A stretch of DNA of 63,894 nt, filler included, from Phoronis australis (taxonomy: Eukaryota; Animalia; Phoronida), in NCBI GenBank assembly GCA_002633005.1. It is 10 parts of 10 records of this genome, joined end to end, with 100 filler letters (N's around TTAATTAATTAA, not from the genome) between each part and the next. Parts side by side here need not be neighbours in the genome. Positions count along the whole stretch, not along the records: positions 43,037 to 54,777 come from NMRA01001679.1; positions 54,878 to 57,803 come from NMRA01003319.1; positions 57,904 to 61,302 come from NMRA01003041.1; positions 61,403 to 63,894 come from NMRA01003649.1; 6 more parts are not named here. One strand, given 5' to 3'. Position numbers and translations under genes: made by a program. How positions within the stretch are numbered: position 1 is the stretch's first letter; every line of letters begins with the position of its first letter. Under the pieces are notes generated by a model. That model was not told the DNA's origin, made no database searches, and saw nothing but the letters and a program-made list of their open reading frames with translations. Below, piece after piece: positions 49,030-61,752 of the stretch.

Positions 49030-49790
49030 CCTACATGTCACTATGCCAAAGGTTCGCTACTCCGCCAAGGTCCACTACTCCGAAGGTTCGCTACCTTCGA
49101 AATTTTACTGCTTCGAATTTCCCCAATTCCGAAAACCAGAATTCCCACTACTCCGATTGTCTGCTCACGACTCATTCTCAAGCATGCAGGGACAACATCT
49201 GGGGCNCAGAAAAATTTCCTGGGCGGGAGGGGGGCAAACCCCCCTCCCGACCTCCCCCCACTCGGTGCTATGCGCATCTACAATCGTGGTTCAGTTTGCG
49301 CAAATGCTTACAGCCGGACAAAATGTTGGGCCCCCCTTGTGATATCCTAGATCCGCCACTGCTTATTACCTACATTTAGCTTCGACCCGGCCGTGCGCTT
49401 GGTTCTTTGGGTGAGGTTGAAGCGCAGCGGCCCCAAACTTTTCAGTCCCGCTGCGATGACATGGATTTGATGGATATATCGTAGTTTATAATTCATTAAT
49501 ATTCCTACTTCATATTCTTTTAATGGAAATGCGTACTCATTTTTCCGTGTTAGAACATACGGGCAATTTCGCATGCACCGGCATGAAAAATGAATCTAGA
49601 CAGTGACCACCGTACTTGCCAGCTAGACAAAGTGTTTTAGTACCAGGGCAACTAATAACCGAAGTATCGTTTATTTTTGCGTGTAAAAGTATAAAAATTA
49701 CACCCGAGTCTGAAAGATTGATATTTTTGGAGCCGTGGACCTCCGCAATAGTGAACCTTCGGAATAGTAAACCTTCGAAATAGTGGGCTG
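49030..49790. mobile_element. MITE with inverted subterminal arrays, carrying a nested GC-rich short element (about 49190-49361)
   Basis: AAGGTTCGCTACTCCG repeats at the left end and GAACCTTCGGAATAGT at the right; nested element ends GATCCGCCACTG. Confidence 0.65.
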
Positions 49791-50879
49791 ATCCCATTTT
49801 CAGCGATGTAAGAAACTTCAGTAACGCGCAATAATACAACCAGATAAACAATTTCGTCAAGTCACTCTCCGACTAAACTTCATATATTCATCCGAGTATG
49901 TAATGAGGTGTAATCACTCATTTAAGCATGTCTGATTTGAAATTCTGGCAGGAGGTAACAAGTTCCATCTCATCTAAGGAACATAGAGCTGAGAGTCATG
50001 GTCGCGTACACTGCGACTTCAGTTCCCTTAAGTTCCCCTAATTAAGCTGTGTCAAAGGCTTTCCCGAAAACTCTACAGTATCGACGTTTGCAAAGTATCA
50101 AATGTCCCTCGTTCTAGAAATTCGAACTACCCCAACGATCAATGCTGGCTACGGACCTGGTGCTTATAAAGATTGACCAGTGTAATTGTTGGTTTTGTTG
50201 ACCAATTTTTCCGAGAAATCCCTGATTGTATGAAACCGTACCTTAAGAATCTCGTTTGATGATCATTAATAACAAAATGAAAATGAAGCAATGAAATTAG
50301 GCTTGATAACTACAATTCTCGATCAAAGCTCAGCCAAGCAGGCACCCGGAAATTTTCAGTGCAAACTCTGGCTCGCGGCTAGTCTCGGAGTCGCAAGCTC
50401 TAATCATAGAATACACTGGTCACGTGCAGAGTAGGCGCTCCAGGGGTAGATTTCTATGCCTAACCTCATGACATGTTACGTGATCTTCTTCCGCGGTGGT
50501 CGCAAGAAGCATGATTTGTTTTGCTCACACATATTAAGAACGAATAACATAAAGAAATGAACTAGAGTAAGAATACGTGTCTGGTCACTTATGAATACAG
50601 TCAGGTTTTTCATTTTATTTAATATAATTTTATATACGCCAAGTTCAGAGTTGAATCATTTTGTTTGAGAAGAGTGAGTGTGTGATTGGTTTCAGGGACT
50701 ATGTATTGCCTTATCGAGTGCAACTTCATAACCGCAGTTATGTCATAACAGTACATGTGTGTCACCGGACGGAAAGCCTTGGGTGAAGGGTGTGGTTTTT
50801 GATACCTGACGTATCACCTATTTTTATAAGAGCGCGTTGCTGGAAAGAAACATAATAGTGCACTAATTCTTTTAGTAGT

Positions 50880-53800
50880 TGGAACCCACAAGTAATCGAC
50901 TTATCCTCAAAAAGACAGCTCCAGGAGTCTCCGAGAGGGAGGATGAAAGAAGAGTCCAACGACAGACCACAAACGACACCAACCGGAATAAATAGGACTA
51001 CGAATTCGAACATCGATCTATCTCATGAACATGCATATGCGGAAAGATTCTAAAGAATGAAAGAGGGTTGAAAATCCACCAAGGCAAGATGAAGTGCTTA
51101 CGTCAGGTTGCAAGGCAACGCTTGGGCGTTACGTCCAGTGTGACGGGGGAGGGATTAAGCCAGGTCACAAACCACAGCGCCGAAGACCTCCCAGCTACGC
51201 AACAGACGGAAGCATCAGTAGTTGAAGTATTCCAGAATCAAGTCCCAGCCAGTTCAGCAGGTCCACCAAATATCAGGAAGAAGGACCGAATCAAATGGCC
51301 GTCAGCAGTTGATAAGAAGGCATGGTCAGCCTCAGACGACGACCTGGACAGTGTCTTACGTGTCACTCTTCGTGGTCCAATAGATATTAAGATTGAGGCT
51401 ATGACAAGAATTGTTTACCAAGTTAGTGTGGACCGCTTTAGAACAGTTGAGAAAAAAAAAGAATTGCCCAACCCACGAAGACCAAACAGACGGCAACGGG
51501 AAATAGCAACCATCCGTAGGGAACTTAGAGAACTCCGTCGCCTGTGGAAGGGGGCAGCTGAGCATGAAAAGGCAGGAATTACTCACCTGACATCCGATGC
51601 CCTCACGCGATTATTGCAAAGCTGAACGAAGTGCTCAAAATAGGAAGAAACGGGCTAAGCAAAGGGAGAGGTTCACTAGGAACCCTTATCAGTACGCTTC
51701 TAGGCTCCTAGGCAAGAGTAAAGGCGGAACACTTACCTGCACCCAGAGAGACTTGGATGAGCATCTCGCCAAAGTCCACAGTGATGAGTTGAAAGATACT
51801 CTCCTTGGGGAATTTTAAGGTATAGAGGATGAAGATTTGCCAGATGTAGATTTCGATGTGGGGGACATTAACAAGTCGGAAGTTGATTTCACTATTAAGA
51901 AAGCCCGATCGGGGTCAGCCCCTGGTCTGAGCGGAATTTCCTACAAGGTCTATAAGGATTGTCCCAAGTTGCGCGATAGGCTCTGGAAGCTGTTTAAGGT
52001 TCTCAGGAGTAAAGGCCTTGTTCCAGCCCAGTGGAGCGAGCTGAAGGAGTCTACGTCCCGAAAGAAGAAATCTCAAAACAGATTGGCCAGTTTCGACCCA
52101 TTTCACTGTTCAGCGTAGAAGGGAAGATCTATTTAGCCATTATATCCGGCAGAATGACTGACTTCATGATCAAGTTCATCGGCACGTCATCACAGAAAGG
52201 CGGTGTGCCAGGCTTTTCTGGACGCCTGGACATAATTCCATAATTAGTGAACTCATTCAACGATCAAAGAAGGCCAAGAAGAACCTGTCTATGGTGTGTC
52301 TCGACATGTCAAATGCGTATGGTTCTGTAACATATGTATTAGTTTATTGTGTCATGGATATCTACCGCATTCCCGAGAAAGTCAAAAGTATAGTGAAGTC
52401 TTACTACAGCTCATGCGTGATGCGTTTCACGGCTGCAGAATTCCAACAATCAGTGAGCAGCCAGTCAAGTGCCTGGGCAAGTACTATGACAGCAGCCTAC
52501 GAGACACATCCCGAGTTAAAGACGTGAAAGCCCAGCTCAAGGTATGGCTTGAGAAGATCGACAAAGATGGCATACCCGGAAGGTTCAAGCTTTGGTGCTA
52601 TCAGTTCATCTTGCTTTCTCGGCTGAAGAAACGGAAAGGGCAGCAAGCCGATTCATTCGAAGGTGGCTTGGACTACCAGCGTCTTTCAGCAACGTCGGAC
52701 TATACTGCAAGTCGTCAAAATTTGTCCTACCAGTCTCATCTGTGGTAGAAGAATACAAGGTTACCAAACTCCGAGCCAGCATCACTCTGCGGAATACATC
52801 TGACCAGGCCATCAAAGGATGCAGTATCCAGTCACGCACCTGAAGGAAGTGGTCGACCACCTGGGCGATCAGCGAAGCGGAGAGCCGGCTGAGGAACAGG
52901 CAGTTAGTAGGATCAGCTTGCCAGGGTAGGCAAGGGCTGGGCTACAAGACCGGTAAGCCAGCAAGGGAAAGATCTTAGACCCGGGCAGAGACAGAATAAT
53001 CAGGGAGGTTAGATCATCAGAGAATGAAGAAAGGTACGCCCGAGCAGTCCAGATGGGCCAACAGGGAGCATGGACCAGGTGGGACAATGTCTTAGAAAGG
53101 GAAGTCAAGTGGGCTGATTTGTGGAAGATGTCTCCTCTGAAAACCAAGTTCCTCATTAGATCTGTTTACGACGTACTGCCTACTTCCAGCAACCTTGAAA
53201 CTCGGGGACTTGTTGACAACCCGAGTTGTAGTCAGTGTGGACGCAGATTTACTTTAGAGCACATCCGATCATCTTGCAGCGCGTCCTTGGCATCAGGAAG
53301 GTACACCTACCGACACAACCAGGTTCTGAAAGCGTTTGCAAGGGTGTTAGTTGACGAGGTCAAGAGCAAATCGAAGCCGAAAAGCCACCGCATCGAATTC
53401 ACCAATTTCAAAAGAAGTGGCGATGAGGCGAGTAAAGGGAAGACCCCAGCGCAGAAGGGCATCCGGCACACAGCCAACGACTGGAGAGTGTGGGCAGACC
53501 TTGCCGGTCACCAGTCATTCTTCCCACAGCACATTGTCCCTACGACCCAGCGCCCTGACTTGGTTATTTACTCGGACCGTTCCCACCAGGTCATCCTGAT
53601 TGAATTCACTATCCCGTGGGAAAGTAGGGTGGAAGAGGCACACGAGCGGAAGAACTTGAAGTATACAGACCTGAGAAATGACTGTCATGTTAACGGCTGG
53701 AGATGTTGGAGTTTTTCTGTAGAGGTCGGCTGCCGGGGTTTTCCGGCCAGTTCAGTCATTACCATGGCTAGATCTCTTGGCGTCTCCCGGCGTGTCAGGA

Positions 53801-54040
53801 AAGAAGGCACTGACTTCTACGCTATGAAGCCACAGAAGCTGAACAGGCATCTTGTTGGATTTGGATGAAATACCAACAGCAACACCAACAACAACCGTCA
53901 GACAGAGCCTGATCAACTCTGTTGTCCCGCCTACTACGCCTACTAGAGATGGTCTTGGTTTAGGGACAAAACCATTAAGGACAGTAGGAGACCAACTGAA
54001 GATGGCGGTTGAGCACAGTGTCACCAAGTATTTAAAGTAA
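50880..54040 (+). mobile_element. HERO-type (R2/NeSL group) RLE non-LTR retrotransposon, internally deleted
   Basis: N-terminal CICGK...GLKIHQGKMKC zinc finger; FRPISL, QKGGVPGFSG, LDMSNAYGSV; CSQCG..TLEHI.SSC knuckle; RYTYRHNQVL; RPDLVI..ILIEFTIPWE..AHERKNLKY..VEVGCRGF RLE domain. Confidence 0.92.
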
Positions 54041-56179
54041 GTTCAGACCGGCCGCCCTTAAGGTCATGGTGATGATTATCTTCATTTCTAAAATCTTTTG
54101 ATCTATTTACACTAACCTCTGATCAAGGAACGCGAAGAGTACCGGGGGGCAGGGCCAAGTTTTCTCCTGAGACGAGTTACTCGATTTTTCACGATAAACC
54201 GGATGGGATCAACTTCAGCTGACGTCTGCACAACTTAGTTATACAACCCATTCTCTCAACGGTTAATCTCGGCTTTCCCTTTAGATGGCTCAAAACTTTG
54301 CTGAGGAAACTTTTTAAAACACCCCCAAATGTTTACTTTGAGTAATAAAACAAATTGCAAGGCCATGATAACAGATGTTGCCTAATTCAAAGTGGCTGCT
54401 GTGGCCGCGGGAGACAACTTGGCTGTACGTACTGCATTCGTGCCTCTCGGCAAGCCTTATCTATTACCTCTCATCATGCCCACTCAGGCTCGGAGTCAGC
54501 CAGGCTCAGCCCACGACTCCACTCCCAGCGCCTAACATGCCGAGTGAAAAATGTGACATTTCCTGTTAATACTCACCCCTCGAATATCCCAGTATGCTAG
54601 AGTAAGTGGCATTGCAAATGAATATTCAAGCCCGAACTACGGTTTGCACCTGGACAGTCGACAACTTTAAGTTCTAATGAGGCAGGGCTATGTCAGTGCC
54701 ACGTGACCTTCGGTGCCAAGCTACCGGAGGTTTCCAGATAAGCGCCGATGCGCATTGAGTGTTACCGTACATTCCCGNNNNNNNNNNNNNNNNNNNNNNN
54801 NNNNNNNNNNNNNNNNNNNNNTTAATTAATTAANNNNNNNNNNNNNNNNNNNNNNNNNNNNNNNNNNNNNNNNNNNNCACCAGTATTGTGCCATATGCAT
54901 AGTTGCCAACTGTCTTGCTTTTGAACCATCCAGCCCTTCGAGGCTTTGTATCGCGTATCACACCATCAAATTTTGTACATGTTTGTGCCTTATTCCCACA
55001 CCAATTTCCCAATTCATTTTCAGCCGTGAGTAGTCTCAATTAAAAAACTAAGGCAGTCGGCTTTGTATTTCTGGATGTTAATTGCAGCAGACTTATCTCC
55101 CTTGCGGTATGAACTAGATAAGCATGTTCCTGGTGGTTTTTCATTCTGAAGTTGGCAACTATGCAAGCGTCATTCCTCTCAGCCACCTCATTTCCAAGTG
55201 TCGATGTCCCTATTGTCCTCAGCAAGCGTGTGAAACACCTTTATGTTAGCAGAAATTCATAGATGTGTCTCAAAGCCTAACGCTACACCAAAGTATGATA
55301 ATCTATGGCATCTATGGCGGCAGTGTGCTTGTTTGTGCTCTTGGACGACTTGGAGGAGGTTGACTGAGTATGAGATGAATAATGGTGATGAAGCAGAAGA
55401 GGATGACGGTGTTGAGGATCCACATGTTCGAGGAACCACTCCATCCTGTAGCAATATATGGGCCAGTTGTACATCATACTGTAGAGACCTGCTCATTATT
55501 TTTTCAGTGAAAGCCAAACAATATATCAATTCCTGCAAATAGATTGAAACAATTAGACATATGGTTCGTTACAAAATACAAAAAATGTTCAATCTACGAC
55601 GATCACTTCTTGAGGTACTCATTACAAACCAACAATACAGTTGGGTTGGTGTTGGGTGGATTTTATTCCAATAATTCTTGAACTGTGTTGCTAATAATTT
55701 AATGAATTTGTTGTCGTCATCAATGAGATTTAGTTGTTATTGTGACTGAATGATTGTGACTGTCAGAACCTTCCAACTTAGCAGGTAACTGTGAATTAGA
55801 ACCAATCATTACTGACAGGACTATCCCTACCTCTTAGTGTTCTTCGAATGTTTGATCACATCGGTTCTCTGTGTAAGCCATTTTTATGTTGAAAACCAAT
55901 ACTTATTCAACTGCAACTCTAATACAACATAAGTACAGAACATAATACTAAAAACAACACTAAAGTAGACACATTGTCACACATAGCAGTTAAACAAGAT
56001 CAGTTAATAGTTTACTTAAAAGCAAAACGTATGAAAATGGAACTCAGGATGTCTATTTTCATTTTGTGGAGTCAAGAGTAGATTTGGTATTTGGACTATG
56101 AACTATTTTCAGAAAAGTGAAATGCTTAGGTGTTGATATGGTGGTAGAGCATTTAGTTCTACATACTTAAATTAGAGCA

Positions 56180-57213
56180 ATCTTGGAGGATTTTGGAGTT
56201 ATGGCAAAATGCGCACCCGAGGACATTAAAATGTAATGATTTTTCATGAGTTTATTTTCAATTTTTTTATTTATGTTCCAATTCAGTGAGCTGTGTGAGG
56301 TGTCAAAGTGATGACTGAGAGTTAGTAGTGACAAAGGAAAAGAAATTAGGCAAAAATCTTGTACGGTTTTTGAGATATTACGTCATACATGCCGCAAACA
56401 TTAAAATTTTATAATTTTCGTAGGTTTTTCAATTTCAAATTCTAATAAGTTTTTCAAATTTAATGTCCTGTTATAGATGTCAAAGTGATGACTGAGAGTT
56501 AGTAGTGACATAGGAAAAGAAATTAGGCAAAAATCTTGTACGGTTTTTGAGATATTACGTCATACATGCCGCAAACGTTAAAATTTTATAATTTTCATAG
56601 GTTTTTCAATTTCAAATTCTTATAAGTTTTTCAAATTTAATGTCCTGTTATAGGTGTTGACATGATGTCTGAGTGTTAGAACAACATGGTAAAAAAAAGA
56701 ATTAGGCAAAAATCTTTAACGGTTTTTGATATATAGCAAAATACATTCACTAAATCGTGAAAAGTTGCCGATTCTACAAGATTGTTCAATTTTGAGATTT
56801 TTTAAAATTTAAAACTACTTTTTGAATATGCAGTCGAGTTGTTTTTTTCGAGTTGTTTTTTTTCCAATTTTGAACACCTTAGTAATTATCACAGGTACAA
56901 CTTCTCACAAATTTAGCTGATTAGTCTTAAAATACAAGACAGTAAGAACAACTTAGCTCATTTTTAGCAGTTTATAAACTATATTGTTAAAATAATTCAA
57001 GCTTAAACTCTTGGTTGACCACAATTCCGAATTCTAAACACCGAATTCCAGAAAAAGGGCCTATTTTTGGGCGACAAAAATGCCTGTAGCATCAAAACCC
57101 CTCAACCGTTTTTAAAAATTCAAAAAGCAGCAAATTATACTCAATGAGGGCTTTCATTTGAATGCCTCTTCATGTAATTTTGTTAAACTTGAAATTTTGG
57201 TTTGCTCACCCTA
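56180..57213. mobile_element. DNA transposon end with about 177-bp subterminal tandem repeats
   Basis: Units begin near 56301, 56478 and 56655 (..GTCAAAGTGATGACTGAGAG..AAATTAGGCAAAAATCT); probable terminus ..TTGCTCACCCTA. Confidence 0.6.
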
Positions 57214-57988
57214 CCCATACAGATTTTGCTGGAACAGCCCTAACTAGTGAACCTGTAGGAATACAACAGGCCGAACCTGTTTGGCCGTGTCGGCTACTGC
57301 CGACAAATAATACTATAATACAGACTTCTGGACTAAAATGGCCGCAATATGCATCCACATTTGTACACATGGGCGCTTAAAAATCATAAGAAAAGGGCAG
57401 GACTCACCAACAGCTAAACAACAAATCCATCACATGTGCGCCGGAAGTAGTTTGATAACGCAAGCGACATCTTATGGCAACAGGTGCTTGTGGTCCACTT
57501 TATCCATTGGACTGTTTTTTCAGTTTCACTTTATCATTTTAATAATACTGATTACTGTTTGATCTTATATTATTTATGAATGTCATACTTGACAATTATT
57601 TAAAATATTTTATCGCAAACATGTCTACAAGTTGAGCATGGCTAGTTTTCTCCCCTGTAAAACGTCACTTCCTTTTTGAAGTTGTTGTCATAGTGTATTG
57701 TCAACAACGGTGTTGAACGAAGAACGGTTCAATGCAATGCCAGACCTCGAGATTTAAACCAAAGGCAATCATCATTATGACGTGTTACGAATTTTGCTCA
57801 ATCNNNNNNNNNNNNNNNNNNNNNNNNNNNNNNNNNNNNNNNNNNNNTTAATTAATTAANNNNNNNNNNNNNNNNNNNNNNNNNNNNNNNNNNNNNNNNN
57901 NNNTTCCTCAAATTGGAATAAATTTAACATCTTAATGCAAATGAGAAAAAGATCAGTAACCAAGAGGTTGGTCTTGGAGCTGAGATAC

Positions 57989-58077
57989 CTTGTCAATAAG
58001 CTCCCGGTTAACACAGTTGGGTAGGGTGGTTAGGAAGTTTTCCAGAAGAACTTTAGTGTTGCTTTCAGCATCATCAT
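57989..58077 (-). CDS. UPF2: UPF2 exon (DDDAESNTKVLLENFLTTLPNCVNRELIDK, start of MIF4G-2)
   Basis: Matches UPF2 FLQQLPNCVNRDLIDK; tattgtag acceptor and gtatct donor. Confidence 0.93.
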
Positions 58078-58944
58078 CTACAATAGGAATGACTATTAAA
58101 TTTAATTGCATATACACAAGCAGGCAAGAATTCAGAATATTCAAAAGGACCCATCACAAATTGCACCTTTATCATCGAAAATCATTGTTTTGGTTCATAT
58201 TTTGGAGTGGAATCTTGGTTTTTAATTCAGAGGTTTACACCACAACACCATGGACCACATGGAGGTCACTGATATTGTCAACACGGAAATTCACCGCCAA
58301 TAACCTGACTTATTAAGATTTGAAATTAGCGATTTTGATTTTAACTTAATGCAGAGATGAATGTTGACCTTTATTTGCAGATGCTAATGATGATCAGTTT
58401 GGAGGCAACATTCATTTCCAATCCTCGCACAGAAAGATTCATGGCATATTATGTATGGCCCATTTGAATCTATTTGAAACGTGCAATGTAGGCAGTACAT
58501 CACAAAACCTTTTCAATCTCTTAATTAAAGACTATCAGGGTTGCATTCATACTAATCCAATGAGCAGGCTCAAGAAAGTCCTGATAACAACAGATATCCT
58601 GTAATGACCAGAACACAATAGCAAAGTTGAGACAGCCTAGTCTAACAGAAGATAAGTCATGAACAGATTCCACTAGCTTATTCACGGCTCCCTGCACCTA
58701 ATCCTGAAAGCAGAGGTCTTGTAATGATTAAGGCAGCAACACCCCCTTTGTGCACAACTTTTAGCTGCTATTTATAAAGAAGTTGACAATCTAAACTCTA
58801 TTCTCTTCTAAAGTTGCCGAAATATCGGAGCACAAGTTTTCTACTATTCAAATGATCCAATTAATTTTTTCGTCTAGCTTTTTATGGGGTTTTATCACAG
58901 ATTCAACATGAGACAATGAATTTTGCCAAAATTTGTCAACGTAC

Positions 58945-59097
58945 CTTCTCCCTCATCTGCAATGTCTTCCTCTTCTTCCCCTCCCACATCACGATCTTCA
59001 TCGCCTTCAGTCGCCTCCTCTTTACTCTCTCCTACCGTCAACTTCTCTGCCTCTTCCATCTCCTTTTCAATGTCTTCAAGTTTCAGGTCGGCCATAT
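58945..59097 (-). CDS. UPF2: UPF2 acidic linker exon
   Basis: ccttgtag/gtacgt, phase 1-1, in frame with both neighbouring exons. Confidence 0.85.
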
Positions 59098-60347
59098 CTA
59101 CAAGGAAAACTAGCATGCATATGTCATGTGTTTCTGTCTATGTATTACAGTTTTATTATTAATAGCTAGTAGTGCCTAGTATTGTTTGTTTCACATAGCT
59201 TTAAATAAAGTTAGTATGTCACCTTGGCTTTAATCTGGAAGCAAATTCTAAGATCAAATTTTGAAGTATATAGACCGCATGACCACTGGTCAGTATTGGG
59301 TGTTTTTCGCAACTCTGGCCTCTCACCTTTACAAACGAACCTAGTTTAACAACCAGTATTGTTTCACTATGGGTCACTCGCAAACATCAAGCAAAAAATC
59401 TGTTAACCAATGTTTTTCGAACAACTTAATTTCATCTGTCTAAGCTAAGTGAACAACTTACCTGACAGACGTCACTGACAGAGAGGGTGTCAAAATGATA
59501 GCCCGTTTTACTATTTAATCAAATTTGCATGCAGACGTTTTGGAGTGGCCAAACAAACAAAAAATAAGATAAAATGAAAAAGGAAATAATCAATAAAACT
59601 TTATTGCTTAAAGCTACTATGAAACTTCTGTCAAAAAGCAAACTTCTGATTTACGCAACTTATGAAGTTGATCAGCACTTCCCTTACTCAAACTAAAGGT
59701 TATTTCTGGGCTTCAAACACAAAAATTGACAGTTTGTTATGGTTCGAGACCAAGCTTAACACAATGGCTTCCACGGCTGTCATTTGATACGCAGAGTATG
59801 GACTTAAGCAACAATAAATGTCCAGTTCTTTACAAGCTGCTCATACTAGGCAAGAGCGTTTTAGAGTGGACATTGTCCAGTAGCATGAAACAGTCCCAAA
59901 TAAGGACTCGCCTTAATTTCATAAATCTACTGTGTATTTTTGTCTTTCTTCACTGTCTCACAGATCTAATATTTTTCTATCATTTCATCTTTATTATGAG
60001 CTTCTCTTTAACTAATATTTTCTAAATAATATATCTTAAAACTGAGTCCTGAATTCAGTAAACATGAATAGGGACGTCGTATGAAAAGATCCCTATTTAT
60101 TTAGGATGACATTGAGAATTCAACGAAGAGTTCAGTCTTTATTTGTATCAAAGCCAAAATTTGACTTAGTAAAGAAACTACAGCATAAGAAACGACAATC
60201 GGCATTAATTTTCACAAGCCCACACATACACAGTAGATTTAGGGAACTTAGTTGAGTCTCCACTTGGGGGTGTTTCATGCAACTGGGCACAGACGTCTAA
60301 ACCAAGTTGGTTCTTTGATAACAAGGTGTCCTTAATTTCCACCATAC

Positions 60348-60408
60348 CTTGTTCCAACTCTTTCTCTTGAACATCCACTGTGGGACCAGCACTATCCTTG
60401 TAAAGTAT
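60348..60408 (-). CDS. UPF2: UPF2 exon (ILYKDSAGPTVDVQEKELEQ)
   Basis: tttag/gtatgg; continues VPA|ILYKD as in UPF2 VPAILFKD. Confidence 0.88.
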
Positions 60409-61007
60409 CTAAACAGGACAAAATCAATTCGACACACAATTAATGAGATAATTGGCAGTGTTTGTAATTTTAGCAACCACTGTTCAGCTAAGGTAACTGA
60501 CGATATTTATAACCGAGAACCAAATTGCTCAAACAATATTTTTTAATTATCAAACCCAACGAAACAAATCTAATTTGATTTCTGATAGCCAAATTCTCGT
60601 GCTAAAAGTCTTAACAGATACCAGATCATAAGTTTGTAGCTAATGGTACGAAGAAACAGACTTTCCTAGTTTTGCGTGAAATGTTTCATGTCAGCCTGTG
60701 GAAGTTACGGCAAAGGCTGTGAAAAAACACATTCTTTACCAATGCCTGCACATTGTTTTAACGCACATGATAAGTGTCCTTGATCATTAAGGATTTTGTA
60801 AAAGACATTCAAAAATATGATTCTTGGTTAAAGACAATCAAAATTATTAATCTGTTTTCTGTACTTGGGAAGTGACTGCTTCATATTGCCCAGCTACACC
60901 GTTCTTTCAATTTCTGGGCAGAAATGTCACAGTTTTTGATCTTTACTACTGAAATAAACTGTAAAATAGTTTCATAATTTACTACCTACTATCACTACAA
61001 TACTCAC

Positions 61008-61094
61008 TGCAGGCACTAACACCTTAAGGTCAGGTAGGTTTTCATAAAACATGCGTGTCTCCTCATCTTCAAACAAAGTGGTGTCACCCTCGTA
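61008..61094 (-). CDS. UPF2: UPF2 exon (YEGDTTLFEDEETRMFYENLPDLKVLVPA)
   Basis: Matches UPF2 WEDEDARNFYENLIDLKAFVPA; ttacag/gtgagt. Confidence 0.93.
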
Positions 61095-61402
61095 CTGTAA
61101 AATAAATATCCGCTGCGAATCATTCGTTTTAGCAACAATTCAGTTAGGAGAGGACAACAATATCATTCTGTTTTCCTAGTTATGGCTGCATGAAATGAAG
61201 ACAATGGTTACACAAAGCAAAACTTTCAGTTAAACAAATTTGAAGTGGATCAATATGACTAATCAAACCATTCGGGCCTAACTCCTGACACAGCAGAATC
61301 ATNNNNNNNNNNNNNNNNNNNNNNNNNNNNNNNNNNNNNNNNNNNNTTAATTAATTAANNNNNNNNNNNNNNNNNNNNNNNNNNNNNNNNNNNNNNNNNN
61401 NN

Positions 61403-61752
61403 CTTACCAAGTAATGTTGTGTAGTCTCCGAATGGAACTGCATAGTCATAGACATAGTCTATAGAGCACACACGGGGCCTCAGCATCCACACACTTTTTG
61501 TCAGTTAGTTGACCCTGTTGACCGTAATTGTCCACGAATATAGTAACCTTAGGTCCTTTGGGAATTTCTGGCCACCTGTTGAAGACTTGCACCAGGGAAA
61601 TTAGCAGCAATAAGGCTTAGCGCGACAACGTATTTTGATAAAAATTCCATCTTTTACCAGTTGTTTACATGCAGACAGCCACGCATGCGCAATTTAATCA
61701 CCACTAGTACAGCAGCGACACCACGAGGAGAATTCTCCGAATAGCCCCATTG
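61403..61752 (-). mobile_element. Second copy of the 37808-38160 repeat
   Basis: Reverse-complement identity, ending ..CTCCGAATAGCCCCATTG. Confidence 0.85.

Noticed and set aside
37808-61752. One giant 24-kb element bounded by the inverted copies at 37.8 kb and 61.7 kb
   Set aside because: The copies are on different contigs separated by five spacers; they are independent insertions
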